Positions 10,298 through 19,834 of a stretch of DNA of 32,000 nt are shown one piece after another. The position numbers and the translations under genes are program-made. Within the stretch, counting starts at the first letter, position 1. Every line of letters starts with the position of its first letter. The notes beneath the pieces are model-generated. The model was not told the origin of the DNA. It ran no database searches and worked only from the letters and a program-made list of their open reading frames with translations. The DNA is from Desulfotalea psychrophila LSv54 (GTDB lineage Bacteria; Desulfobacterota; Desulfobulbia; Desulfobulbales; Desulfocapsaceae), in contig NC_006138.1 of the NCBI RefSeq assembly GCF_000025945.1, forward strand, positions 1,110,001-1,142,000, given 5' to 3'.

Positions 10298-10576
10298 TTA
10301 AGACTCTAATTCTAAAACTCTCTTATCAAGTGCACTAACAAGAGAATCAAAGAGCATGTCTGTTGAAAGAATTTCATCATGGACAAAAGCCCCGAGCTCA
10401 AGCACACCATTGAGATCATCACGGCGGAAGTCTTGGCTATGATCCTGGGTATATTTTATGCTCAGTTCTGCTAAACGTTGACCTATTAAGCGAGTTTCTA
10501 TCTGCTGCTTAAGATCCTTCAAATGTGCTATCAAATCTTCTTTGGCCAAATTTTTTACTAAAGTTGTCTTGTTCAT
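10298..10576 (-). CDS. Hypothetical protein, 92 aa
   Basis: Intact ORF MNKTTLVKNLAKEDLIAHLKDLKQQIETRLIGQRLAELS... with a good terminator just downstream. Confidence 0.65.
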   Translation of the reverse strand: MNKTTLVKNLAKEDLIAHLKDLKQQIETRLIGQRLAELSIKYTQDHSQDFRRDDLNGVLELGAFVHDEILSTDMLFDSLVSALDKRVLELES

Positions 10577-10810
10577 TTATCAACCTTTTATTTTGCGGAT
10601 CAATTTCTAATTCTACAGGTAATATATTACCCACGATGCCTTACTCTAATCTGCACATCGAGTGGCTGTGTTGAGCAGAAGAGCTGACAGGAGGGTAGAT
10701 AAAAATATTCACATCAAACGGACAATACATAAAATAATGAATATTTACATGTTTTTATATAGGTCAGGGTGATGAGGAATTGCGGTTGCTGCCAGTCCCT
10801 TTACCTAGGA

Positions 10811-11794
10811 TTAGAGAGAAAAGAGCTCTTGGAGTGAACTCCTGTCTACCTGGTTGCTGATTGCTATTTTGAGGAGCAACAGGGCCTTGGTGCCATTAAG
10901 GGCTCCGGCAGAGATACAGCCCATATCAATGAGTTCGGCGCCACCACCCGGGTAGTCATAGATGGGGGCAACCCCACCTCGAATGCAGCGGCTTGCCAGG
11001 ACAACGGGAATGCCGGCCTGCAGTATATGCCGCACTGCCCCCACGGCAGTTGGAGGAATATTGCCTGCGCCAAAGCCTTCGATGACAAGGCCTTCTATCC
11101 CTTGGTTTAGTAGGTTGATGAGTAGTGATCCGGGCATACCGGGATAGGCGGTGACCAGGACAACATTGGCTGAAATCCCTTCTACTTTTTTGCCGATCTT
11201 ATTGGCTCTTTTGCTGATATTTTGGTTGAGAATCAGGGTGCCTGCGGCAATCCTGCCCACAGCACCCCTGCTTTGGCTGACAAAGGGGTCCACGGAGAGG
11301 GAGTCCTGTTTTATGGCATCTTGGGCTGAAAATAACCAGTCAGCCATTTGTACCAGGACATCACCGCCTGGTGGCAGGCTAGTGCAGGCAATGAGGCCAT
11401 TTTGCAGGTTGCGGATTCCATCGTAGCCAGCCTCGCCGAGGTGTCGCATTGATCCTGTTGTTATAACAGGTTTGCTGGTGGTCAGGGAGACATTGAGGAC
11501 AAAGGAGGTTTCGGCAAGCAGGTCTGTGCCATGAAGGACGACAGCACCGGAGTAGTCATTCTTTTCGAGGAGTTGGTCGATGTCGTGGGCAAGTTGGAGC
11601 ATATGTTCAGGAGTCATATGTGGGCTGGGAATATCAGCCCAGAAAATGGCCTCTACTTCAATATCGTCCCGAGGGGCAAGGCTTGCCAGGATCTGTTCAA
11701 AATTATTATCAGGAGAGACACCAAGTCCACTATCGCTTGGGCTCATGCCAATGGTTCCGCCGGTAATGAACACTGCAATTTTGTTGTTTTTCAT
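10811..11794 (-). CDS. L-asparaginase family protein
   Basis: From internal ATG at 11794 (MKNNKIAVFITGGTIGMSPSD). TGGTIG active-site motif, VVLHGTDLLAETSF and STSKPVITTGSMRHLGEAGYDGIRNL are typical. The N-terminal 38 codons of the listed ORF look spurious. Confidence 0.9.
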   Translation of the reverse strand: MKNNKIAVFITGGTIGMSPSDSGLGVSPDNNFEQILASLAPRDDIEVEAIFWADIPSPHMTPEHMLQLAHDIDQLLEKNDYSGAVVLHGTDLLAETSFVLNVSLTTSKPVITTGSMRHLGEAGYDGIRNLQNGLIACTSLPPGGDVLVQMADWLFSAQDAIKQDSLSVDPFVSQSRGAVGRIAAGTLILNQNISKRANKIGKKVEGISANVVLVTAYPGMPGSLLINLLNQGIEGLVIEGFGAGNIPPTAVGAVRHILQAGIPVVLASRCIRGGVAPIYDYPGGGAELIDMGCISAGALNGTKALLLLKIAISNQVDRSSLQELFSL

Positions 11795-11995
11795 GGGATC
11801 TTCCTGGGCAGGGTGGCTTGAAAAGTGGAAACTTCGACAAGGAGTAGGTTCCGACTCCGAGGCTGGCCTTATCACTGAGGATGATATTGGCTCTCCCCTT
11901 ACAGTCAAGCGAAGATATTTGCAGAAAAGGACCCTTCTGCAAGGTTTCTTGGAGGCGTACCACTGTCCGGTGGTACGCCTCTAGGCTATTGCGGT

Positions 11996-14900
11996 CTAGT
12001 CATCACTTCGGATAAGGTCCAACAGATCGTCGGAACTCATCTTGGCACTAATGTCGGTACCTTCGAGCAGGCTTCCGGCCAGGTCTCGTTTCTCCTGGTG
12101 AAGTTTAACAATCTTTTCTTCAATAGAGTTTTTGGAAACCAGACGATAAACGGTCACCGGACGTGTTTGCCCAATACGGTGGGCACGATCGGATGCCTGA
12201 TCTTCGATGGCAGGGTTCCACCATGGATCCATATGTAGGACGTAGTCGGCTGCGGTAAGGTTCAAGCCCAGTCCACCGGCCTTGAGACTGATCAGAAAGA
12301 GATCACCCTTTCCTGCCTGGAAGTCATTAACGCCTTTTTCTCGCATCTTGCTACTGGTACTACCATCAAGATATTGGTAGGAGATACCCCGTTCATCCAG
12401 ATATTCGCGGATGATGTGTAGATGGCCAATAAACTGGCTGAAGACAAGGGCCTTATGGTTGCCACCGAGAAGCTCCTCAACGACGTCACCAAAGACCTTC
12501 ATTTTGGAACTGGAGATCGAGGTGTTTTTGTCAATAAGACGAGGGTTGCAACAGGCCTGACGGAGCTTCATGATCTCTGTCAGAATCTGCAGATGTCTTC
12601 CCTTACGATCTTTATTTCCCTCAAGTATATCAAGAGCATTCTGGCGAAGAGCTTCGTAAAAATGTCTCTCCTCTTCACTCATCTGTACTTCTAAGGTGAT
12701 CTCTGTACGCGGTGGCAGTTCGTCCAGTACCTCGGATTTGATGCGACGGAGGATGAAGGGACGAATAAGCTTTTTCAGTTTCGTTCGTGCTTCACGGTCC
12801 TGATATCTCTCTATGGGAATAGCAAAATTCTCGTTAAAACTTTGTAGGGTGCCCAGAAGGCCTGGGTTAACAAAGTGAAGCAGGTTCCACAGTTCGCCCA
12901 GATGATTTTCAATGGGTGTACCGGTGGTGATGAGTTTGAATTTGGCCTTTAATCCCATCGCCGCTTTAGATCTCTTAGTGGCAGCATTCTTGATTGCCTG
13001 AGCCTCATCGAGGACAACCGTCTGCCAGTCTACCCCGGAGAGGAGTTCTGATTCCTGCTGGAGAAGGGTATAGGTGGTGATAAGGAGATCATGGCTGCCG
13101 AGATCTTCAATGGTTTTTTTGCGATCACCATGGGCAAGCACCTTAAGCTTAAGGGTAGGGGTGAATTTTTTTACCTCTGCCCTCCAGTTATTGGCAACCG
13201 ATGTCGGAGCCACAACAAGTGTGGGGCCGTTCTCAGAAAGTGTTAAGATAAGAGCAAGTGATTGCAGGGTCTTACCAAGTCCCATATCATCAGCAAGACA
13301 ACCGCCAACACCCCAGTGGGCAAGGCGGCCAAGCCAGCTAAAACCCTCTAGCTGATAATCTCTAAGTTCTGCCTGAAGGGTTGTTGGTAGCACTGGCTGA
13401 TAGTTCTGAACATCTTTTATGTCGGTGAGCTGTTTTTTCCAACCCTGATCCGCAAAAGTATTGGCATGTTCAGCCAGTTTTTCAAGGGGAAGTGCCGCAA
13501 GGGGGTGGATAAGGATCTCATTGCCATCACCTTCAATATCATCGCCAAAAACGGACATTTCCTCGAGACGTTTTTTAAACTCCTGGGTAAGAGCGATAAA
13601 TTGACCATTACCAATTTCGACAAATCTACTGGAGCCTTTTTTCAGCTTTACCAGGAGATCCTTGAGCTCTATGACGTGATCCTGGTCGATGACAATCTCT
13701 CCACTCATGGCAAACCAATTTTGCCGGTTGGTACGAATTTTGAGATTTAAATTACTTGGCGAAATTTGGTGGGCGATCGTCAGTTTTTCTCCTTCGGGCC
13801 ATTCGATGATGATTTTGTCCTGTATGGCCTGAAGCTCGGTAAGTGCCTGGAGACAATCGTCTGGATCCTGGAGATGCCATTCACGGTCGTTGTCCTGTTC
13901 GAGGTCAACAGCCAGATCAAGAATTGGACATAATTCCTCAATATCGCGGGCCTTGTGCTCTTCCTGTGATAGGTCTCTTTTGGTCTGGAGACGTTTGCCC
14001 TTTACCTCTGCCATGATATTTTCTACACCTTGGCCAGGTTTGAGGTAATGATCTCCGTCTTTGAAAGGTTTAACAAACATCTCAAGGCGAAATCCGGAGC
14101 CGTATGGGATGAGGTGCATATAGATGCTGGAGTCTGCTTCCACAATGGTAACATTATGATTGTGTTGGCTTATATCAGCAGCAATAGCGGAGTGGACGGT
14201 CATAAAAGAGGAGATATTGCCGATGGCAGTGAGTACCTGATCACTTGCTGACAGGGGCACAGTCATTCCATCCTTGCCGGTAATCTGACCAATTCTCCTG
14301 TGATTCTCATTGATGGCGATGACCTTAACCCGGGTCGGGGTTTCAAAATGATAATTGACGTTATCACTTGAAACGGGCTGAGCAAAGCGGATGTGGAGGT
14401 TTTCACCTCGTTCCTCTACTAATAGTTCTGGCTCACCTTCAACAAATTCAACAGGAGTTGTGGGTGAATTTGCTAGAAAGAGGTGGGGGTGACTCACCAA
14501 GGCAAGTAATGTCTTATCCCGATCAAGAGAGTAGCTTGTACTATGGGTTTCGGGATTGTAGTTTTTCTTAATGGTTGCGCAGATCTTTCTGTCCTGAGGG
14601 GTGAGATAGGTCAGCTTGGTATTTTGGTAGAGGCGACTCAGGGACATCGGCCGTCCCTTGCTCCAATGACCGGAACTGGTCAGCTTTTGTTCTCTTGGCG
14701 TAAGAGAGATCTCTTTGCCATCTTTTTTCTTTTTCTCACCGGTCGCGACCATCCAGGCAAGGCGTATTTCCTGGCTCGGGTCATTGGCGTTTGCGGTAAC
14801 TGTGGCAGAGATTAATGCCTGAAGGCTTCGACGCCATGGCTCTTCTGCCTTGAGCAGAGGAAGAAGCTTGGGTAATTGTCCGACAGTCTCTAATTGATTT

Positions 14901-16195
14901 ACAGTTTCTTCAGCTAATTCTTTACCCTCTTCGACGTCTGCCTTTGTTTCGGTAAGTATTTCTCTGAGAACGATGCTGAAAAAATTATATTCGCTTAGAG
15001 TAGCCTTGTCATGGAGATTTCTTAGTTCCTGTTCAAGTTCTGGCGAAATTGTACTGTTAAGCCAGTATTGACAGAGGCCAGCAAAGACAAGGGTTAGAGC
15101 CGTGGGGTCAGATTCGTCTGAGATAGCAACTTCATCATCTTGATTATGATTATTGAGATGAGAGTTGAGAACTGTTGCCAGAAAATTGTAGGAATCTGTT
15201 TCTGCAGAGCCAGCAAAGAGACTGAGGGCCGTGCCAATCTGGGAGGCCGTTTCTGTAAAGCCTTCCTTGCCCTTAGCGCTCAGGAGGCAGAGAATGTGGA
15301 AAAGGCCAAAGGGACCAAAAATTGCCGCCTGCTCACTGCCGCTAAGTTTACGTAAAAATTGCAGGTCATTTTCAAATGCCTGCAGAGCCTCGTCGGTTTT
15401 TCCCTGAAGGAAGAGGGCTGAACCAAGGGCACCGGTTCCCTGAAAAGAATCGGTATGGTCGGCAACAAGTAGCTCTGCCTCTTCTGATCTTGCCTGCATA
15501 AGGAGCTGGGTGGCGAGGAGTCTGCGAAAGGGAATTTTCTCGTCATCGGTGAGGTGCTCAAGCTCTTCACTGCTGCTTATGAAATTGTGGATCTCGGGAT
15601 AGTCACTGAGACTTGCCTGGGCATATTGCAGAACTGTACTGAGTAGATAAAATTGGAAAGATGCGGGAATTCCCCGGAACCAATCGGCATCAAATGGGTG
15701 TGCTATGACTCGTACAGTTGGTGGCTCTGCCGGGACAATTTCTTTGCATTGGGTGGAGAGAAACTCTGAGGCCTCATCGATAAGATCAAAGTCTTGAGTA
15801 TAGATACCAATTCTCATCTCGCGTAAAGCACGCCAACACCTTGTTGACCATTTACCATAGTAATAGGAAACTGGTGCCTCTTCACGAATTGTCTTGGCAT
15901 AGAGGTCAAAGACATCTTCAGCAATACACATTTTGCTCAGTGTCTCTACCATTTCAGCAACACATTGTCTCTCCGCTGTGATAAGACCAAATTCCTCAAA
16001 CTTATTGAAATAATGATTTAAATTGGCCGCAGTGGGTTTGCTGCCGCGAGCATTTTTCAGCTCAAGCTTGCGCAGACAATTAACTATCAGTGTGGTATGA
16101 GCGGGCTCATAGACAATAGAGAGGAACTTTAAAAGAGATTGTTCAAAGCTGGAAAGCTTGTCGTATTGGGCAAATAAATCGGTTTGAGTTGACAT
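11996..16195 (-). CDS. SNF2-family DNA-dependent ATPase/helicase with long N-terminal extension
   Basis: LRDYQLEGFSWL, DDMGLGKTLQSLALI (motif I), VVLDEAQAIKN (II, DEAQ), LITTGTPIENHLGELWNLLHFV (III), LKAGGLGLNLTAADYVLHMDPWWNPAIEDQASDRAHRIGQTRPVTVYRLV (V/VI). Confidence 0.95.
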   Translation of the reverse strand: MSTQTDLFAQYDKLSSFEQSLLKFLSIVYEPAHTTLIVNCLRKLELKNARGSKPTAANLNHYFNKFEEFGLITAERQCVAEMVETLSKMCIAEDVFDLYAKTIREEAPVSYYYGKWSTRCWRALREMRIGIYTQDFDLIDEASEFLSTQCKEIVPAEPPTVRVIAHPFDADWFRGIPASFQFYLLSTVLQYAQASLSDYPEIHNFISSSEELEHLTDDEKIPFRRLLATQLLMQARSEEAELLVADHTDSFQGTGALGSALFLQGKTDEALQAFENDLQFLRKLSGSEQAAIFGPFGLFHILCLLSAKGKEGFTETASQIGTALSLFAGSAETDSYNFLATVLNSHLNNHNQDDEVAISDESDPTALTLVFAGLCQYWLNSTISPELEQELRNLHDKATLSEYNFFSIVLREILTETKADVEEGKELAEETVNQLETVGQLPKLLPLLKAEEPWRRSLQALISATVTANANDPSQEIRLAWMVATGEKKKKDGKEISLTPREQKLTSSGHWSKGRPMSLSRLYQNTKLTYLTPQDRKICATIKKNYNPETHSTSYSLDRDKTLLALVSHPHLFLANSPTTPVEFVEGEPELLVEERGENLHIRFAQPVSSDNVNYHFETPTRVKVIAINENHRRIGQITGKDGMTVPLSASDQVLTAIGNISSFMTVHSAIAADISQHNHNVTIVEADSSIYMHLIPYGSGFRLEMFVKPFKDGDHYLKPGQGVENIMAEVKGKRLQTKRDLSQEEHKARDIEELCPILDLAVDLEQDNDREWHLQDPDDCLQALTELQAIQDKIIIEWPEGEKLTIAHQISPSNLNLKIRTNRQNWFAMSGEIVIDQDHVIELKDLLVKLKKGSSRFVEIGNGQFIALTQEFKKRLEEMSVFGDDIEGDGNEILIHPLAALPLEKLAEHANTFADQGWKKQLTDIKDVQNYQPVLPTTLQAELRDYQLEGFSWLGRLAHWGVGGCLADDMGLGKTLQSLALILTLSENGPTLVVAPTSVANNWRAEVKKFTPTLKLKVLAHGDRKKTIEDLGSHDLLITTYTLLQQESELLSGVDWQTVVLDEAQAIKNAATKRSKAAMGLKAKFKLITTGTPIENHLGELWNLLHFVNPGLLGTLQSFNENFAIPIERYQDREARTKLKKLIRPFILRRIKSEVLDELPPRTEITLEVQMSEEERHFYEALRQNALDILEGNKDRKGRHLQILTEIMKLRQACCNPRLIDKNTSISSSKMKVFGDVVEELLGGNHKALVFSQFIGHLHIIREYLDERGISYQYLDGSTSSKMREKGVNDFQAGKGDLFLISLKAGGLGLNLTAADYVLHMDPWWNPAIEDQASDRAHRIGQTRPVTVYRLVSKNSIEEKIVKLHQEKRDLAGSLLEGTDISAKMSSDDLLDLIRSDD

Positions 16196-16413
16196 AATGT
16201 GTGATTCTGTCCGTGTCTTGAATGCTTGATCGTTGGCTTAAGAAAGGTCTCAAATAGTAAAGACAATAAAAAATTAAAGCCCCCCCCGCCTTGATAACGA
16301 ATCAAAATCGAACAATGCTTGGCTTTTCACGGAGACTTTTCAGCTTTAGGCTTGTGTTACTTTGTAGTTACTACAAAGGGAATTTTGCTTTTGTGGAAGA
16401 TGAGGTGTGAAAC

Positions 16414-16442
16414 AGCCAAGTCGCCTCAATGGCGGCTTGGCT
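16414..16442 (-). terminator. Hairpin just downstream of the PpiD-like gene
   Basis: AGCCAAGTCGCC-tcaat-GGCGGCTTGGCT, 12-bp stem with one wobble, 10 nt past the stop at 16452. T-run is poor. Confidence 0.45.
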
Positions 16443-16451
16443 ATTATTCTT

Positions 16452-18344
16452 TTACAGGCTCTGGTTACGTTCAATCTGTGCATTTTTTTGCTGAAAGATA
16501 AGCCATGCAGAGAGAAGCATCTGTTGCTTGTTGTTTAATATACCAGAAATATAACGTTCTTTTTCTGGGGCGGTCAAAGATGCACTAGGGGTGTTGCGTC
16601 CTATGTAGGAGTAGACGTAGTAGCTACCGTCTGCCTGGCCAATGGTATCAGGACTTGTTTTTTGTGGTGAAAGAAGAAAAATTTGTTCCAAAAGGGTCTG
16701 GGGAAACGTTCCACTATCACCTTGGCGAAGGAGGAAGTCTGTTTTTTCAGTTTGAACTCCTGTCTGCTCAGCGAGGGTGGTAAATGTTTCTTTACCCTCA
16801 TGCAGTCCCTTGAGAAATTCTTCGGCCTTTTTCTTGGCAAGTTCATTGGCAAGATAGTTACGATAATCCTCTGTTGCTCTGTCTCTTACTTTGGCAAGTG
16901 TCGGTGTTGCCGGCGTATTTATGTCATCAACATAGATAACCGCATATCCTGAATCTGTTTGCAATAGAGAGCTGAGCTCTTTTTTGCCCAAGGCAAAGGC
17001 CTTTTCTAAGAAGAGCTTATTGTCCTTGAGATTGGCGGGAGGATTTTGTTGGGAGAAATAGTCTGTTGTGATTGCAGGCGTCTCGGGATGTTTCTTTGTA
17101 TATGCTTGCAAATTGCCTGCCCCGATAATTCCTTCGTAGGCATTATTGGCAAGTTGGAAGGCAAGTGCCTTGGCCTGATCCTGTTGAAGAGATAGGGCAA
17201 TCTGCTCCCGCACCTTGTCAAGGGATTTGGTTTTGGCCTCTTGGATACCTTCAAGCTTAATAATATGGTAACCAAAGTTGGTTTTTACAATACCGCTTAT
17301 GTCACCATTTTTTAGGGTAAAGACAGCATCTGCAAAGGGAGGAATCATTTCAGCGCGGGCAAAAAATCCCAGGTCTCCGCCTTCGCTCTTGCTTGGCCCT
17401 TCAGAAAATTGCCTGGCTAGTTGGGCGAAATCTTCGTCTGCCTGAGCCTTTTTCAGGACGTTCTCAGCCTTTTTTAGCTGTGCCTGTTGTTTCTCGTCGC
17501 TATCTCCTGGAGAGACCACAAAGAGAATGTGACGGGCGTGACGTTTCTCTGCTAAGCGAAATGTGTTTAAGTGTGACTGGTAGTAATTATTGATTGCCGC
17601 CTCATCAAGAGATATTTTCTCTTGGATTGTGGCATAATCATAGGCGAGGTAGGTGAGTTTGACCTCTGGACTTTTTTTGTAATTATCCTTTGCCTCTTTA
17701 AACCACTGAGCAAGTGCTGGTTCTTCAACGCTTACCTGTGAACTAAAGTCTTTTGGAGAAAAGCTGGCAAAATCGACGGAAACGCCTTCGTTGGCCTGAC
17801 CGTAAAATTCTTCTATTTCAAAATCTGAAGCATGGGCACTGAACTCATTGATTGCCCTAGCTGTTTTCTCGGCGAGCATATCGTGACGAATATTTGCTTC
17901 AAATTTGCTTGGGCTGAGTCTATTAGCAGCAAGGATTGAGTTGTAGGACTTGACGTCAAAGGCACCATCTTTGTGGAACTGAGGCATAGCCTGGATAGCA
18001 TGTTGGATCTCTACAGCGCTAAGCTGTACACCCATCTGTTTACCACCCTGGCGCAATAATTCCTGTTGAACCAATCGATTCACAACCTGATCTTTCAGAC
18101 CCAGAGCATCGGCCATTCCCTTTGGAACTTTGCCGCCAAATTGGTCGCTGAGCTGTTGGAAGGCCTGGTCGTATGCTTGTTGGAATTGCTGAAGGCTAAT
18201 TTCTTCACCATTGACAACAATTGCCGCTTCCGACTTGTTCATCATATTGGCACCAACTCCCCAAAAGATAAAAACAAGAGCAATGACAACAACGATGATT
18301 TGGATGAATATCGATTGTGCTTTGTTCCGAAATATCTGAAGCAT
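16452..18344 (-). CDS. ppiD: Membrane-anchored SurA/PpiD-like peptidyl-prolyl isomerase
   Basis: From ATG at 18344: MLQIFRNKAQSIFIQIIVVVIALVFIFWGVG (N-terminal TM), SurA-N-like region, and parvulin rotamase motif KRHARHILFVV...FAQLARQFSEGPSKSEGGDLGFFARAEMIPPFADAVFTLKNGDISGIVKTNFGYHIIKL. Confidence 0.93.
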   Translation of the reverse strand: MLQIFRNKAQSIFIQIIVVVIALVFIFWGVGANMMNKSEAAIVVNGEEISLQQFQQAYDQAFQQLSDQFGGKVPKGMADALGLKDQVVNRLVQQELLRQGGKQMGVQLSAVEIQHAIQAMPQFHKDGAFDVKSYNSILAANRLSPSKFEANIRHDMLAEKTARAINEFSAHASDFEIEEFYGQANEGVSVDFASFSPKDFSSQVSVEEPALAQWFKEAKDNYKKSPEVKLTYLAYDYATIQEKISLDEAAINNYYQSHLNTFRLAEKRHARHILFVVSPGDSDEKQQAQLKKAENVLKKAQADEDFAQLARQFSEGPSKSEGGDLGFFARAEMIPPFADAVFTLKNGDISGIVKTNFGYHIIKLEGIQEAKTKSLDKVREQIALSLQQDQAKALAFQLANNAYEGIIGAGNLQAYTKKHPETPAITTDYFSQQNPPANLKDNKLFLEKAFALGKKELSSLLQTDSGYAVIYVDDINTPATPTLAKVRDRATEDYRNYLANELAKKKAEEFLKGLHEGKETFTTLAEQTGVQTEKTDFLLRQGDSGTFPQTLLEQIFLLSPQKTSPDTIGQADGSYYVYSYIGRNTPSASLTAPEKERYISGILNNKQQMLLSAWLIFQQKNAQIERNQSL

Positions 18345-18783
18345 AGTTCTACACAAAATTATGGTTAGTGAAAAAATAAGAAGAACACATCCCTCTACTG
18401 TCTCGTGTTCTCAGCCTCAAGTAAAAGTAAGCAAGCTACTATTAATGGCATAAATTATATGAAAAAAGCCAACGGATGAACTTACACATTCTTTTGCCTC
18501 TTCGCAAGAAAAAAGGTTTATTTTCCTATGGAAAGGGCCATAAAGATTCTCCCGTAATGCGTTAGGTTGAGAAGGGGGAGGTCTTTTGAATTTGATGAGA
18601 TTTGCTGCTAGAAGGGCGTTTTCTCTGCTCGTTACGGGGTTTTGCCCCGGGTGAGATTGCCTGCTGAGCTTTTTTTGAGAAGGAGGGCTTATCTTAAGTT
18701 GTGGAGAATAGGCGAAAATGGAATGGCCCCCTCCATATCAATTATTTTTAAAAACAGACGAATTTCTCTTATGTAAAAAAATC

Positions 18784-18807
18784 GCATTTTCTTGACAAAG
18801 AAAATGC
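18784..18807. promoter_or_regulatory. Perfect inverted repeat overlapping a possible -35 of dsrC (operator candidate)
   Basis: GCATTTTCTT-gaca-AAGAAAATGC: perfect 10-bp arms with a 4-nt centre. It contains TTGACA and lies about 90 nt upstream of the dsrC start. Confidence 0.5.
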
Positions 18808-18895
18808 ACTATAGTAATAAAGCAGGGACAGATTTATCTGTAGAGTAAAAAACGGCTACTTATAGCCACAATGAATATCCACTAGGAGGTTTGAA

Positions 18896-19216
18896 ATGCC
18901 AACACTTGAACATAATGGATCATCTTTCCAGGTAGACGAAGACGGATTCCTTCTTACAGGAATGGAAGAATTCAACGAAGATTGGATTGAGTACGTAAGT
19001 AGCGTTGAAGGTATCGAAGAGTTGACCGACGAGCACAGGAAGGTTATTGATTCTCTTCAAGAGTACTACAAGAAGAACGGAATCGCTCCTATGGTTCGTA
19101 TTCTTTCTAAGACCACTGGTTTCCCATTAAAGAGAATCTACGAGCTCTTTCCTTCAGGACCAGGAAAGGGAGCTTGTAAAATGGCTGGACTTCCTAAGCC
19201 TACAGGTTGTGTATAA
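18896..19216 (+). CDS. dsrC: DsrC, dissimilatory sulfite reductase-associated sulfur carrier
   Basis: MPTLEHNGSSFQVDEDGFLLTGMEEFNEDW...RKVIDSLQEYYKKNGIAPMVRILSKTTGFPLKRIYELFPSGPGKGACKMAGLPKPTGCV, with both conserved C-terminal arm cysteines (C-x10-C). RBS aggaggtttgaaATG. Confidence 0.97.
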   Translation: MPTLEHNGSSFQVDEDGFLLTGMEEFNEDWIEYVSSVEGIEELTDEHRKVIDSLQEYYKKNGIAPMVRILSKTTGFPLKRIYELFPSGPGKGACKMAGLPKPTGCV

Positions 19217-19244
19217 GTAATTAGCAGTCTGGTTTTGCAGTTAA

Positions 19245-19283
19245 AGGGTTGTTGCATTTATTTGCAACAGCCCTTTTTTTTTG
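19245..19283 (+). terminator. Rho-independent terminator of dsrC
   Basis: aGGGTTGTTGCAtttatTTGCAACAGCCCTTTTTTTTT shortly after the dsrC stop. Confidence 0.9.
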
Positions 19284-19432
19284 TCTGCGTTTAAGCCTTG
19301 TTGCGCCTATTGTTGTCGCCGAGATGAGGCAAAGGTCATGGCATTTGTTACGTACTGAATCCCTTCAGGGGAAAGGCACAGTCTTCTCAATTGCTATGGT
19401 TTGTGTTTCTTGAGGTGGAGAGGAGGGGGGGG

Positions 19433-19834
19433 TTATTTTTTCTTTTCTGGTAAAGGGGGAGCGACCTGTTTTTTCAGAGCGGCCTTTACCTCTCCTTCAA
19501 TTCCTGCCCCAGGCTCAACGGTCAGGCTTGTCGATTCAATTGTACCGACGATGCAACAGTCCTTTCTAGCGGTGAGGAGACCTGTCTTTATGTTACCGAG
19601 TAGAGAGCCAAAACAGTTAAAGGAATCTAGTTGGAGATTGCCCTCTATTTTGCCTGATTCGCTGAGAATGAGGTGTTCTCCCCGGATGTTTCCTATGACT
19701 GTGCCGTCAATACGCGTCTTGCCCTTAAAGGAAATTTCTCCAGTAATTGTCATGGATTTATCAATGATTGAGGCAATTGCTTCGCCGTCAATTTTTTTCA
19801 AAGTGCTTTCAACATTTGTGGATTTACCGAACAT
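19433..19834 (-). CDS. Bactofilin (polymer-forming cytoskeletal family)
   Basis: Repetitive beta-helix core: ITGEISFKGKTRIDGTVIGNIRGEHLILSESGKIEGNLQLDSFNCFGSLLGNIKTGLLTARKDCCIVGTIESTSLTVEPGAGIEGEVK. Confidence 0.9.
   Translation of the reverse strand: MFGKSTNVESTLKKIDGEAIASIIDKSMTITGEISFKGKTRIDGTVIGNIRGEHLILSESGKIEGNLQLDSFNCFGSLLGNIKTGLLTARKDCCIVGTIESTSLTVEPGAGIEGEVKAALKKQVAPPLPEKKK

Noticed and set aside
10811-16195. Asparaginase next to a large SNF2 ATPase as a defence island
   Set aside because: No restriction, methyltransferase, nuclease, integrase or toxin-antitoxin genes nearby. All neighbours are housekeeping-like, so there is no basis for calling a defence system.
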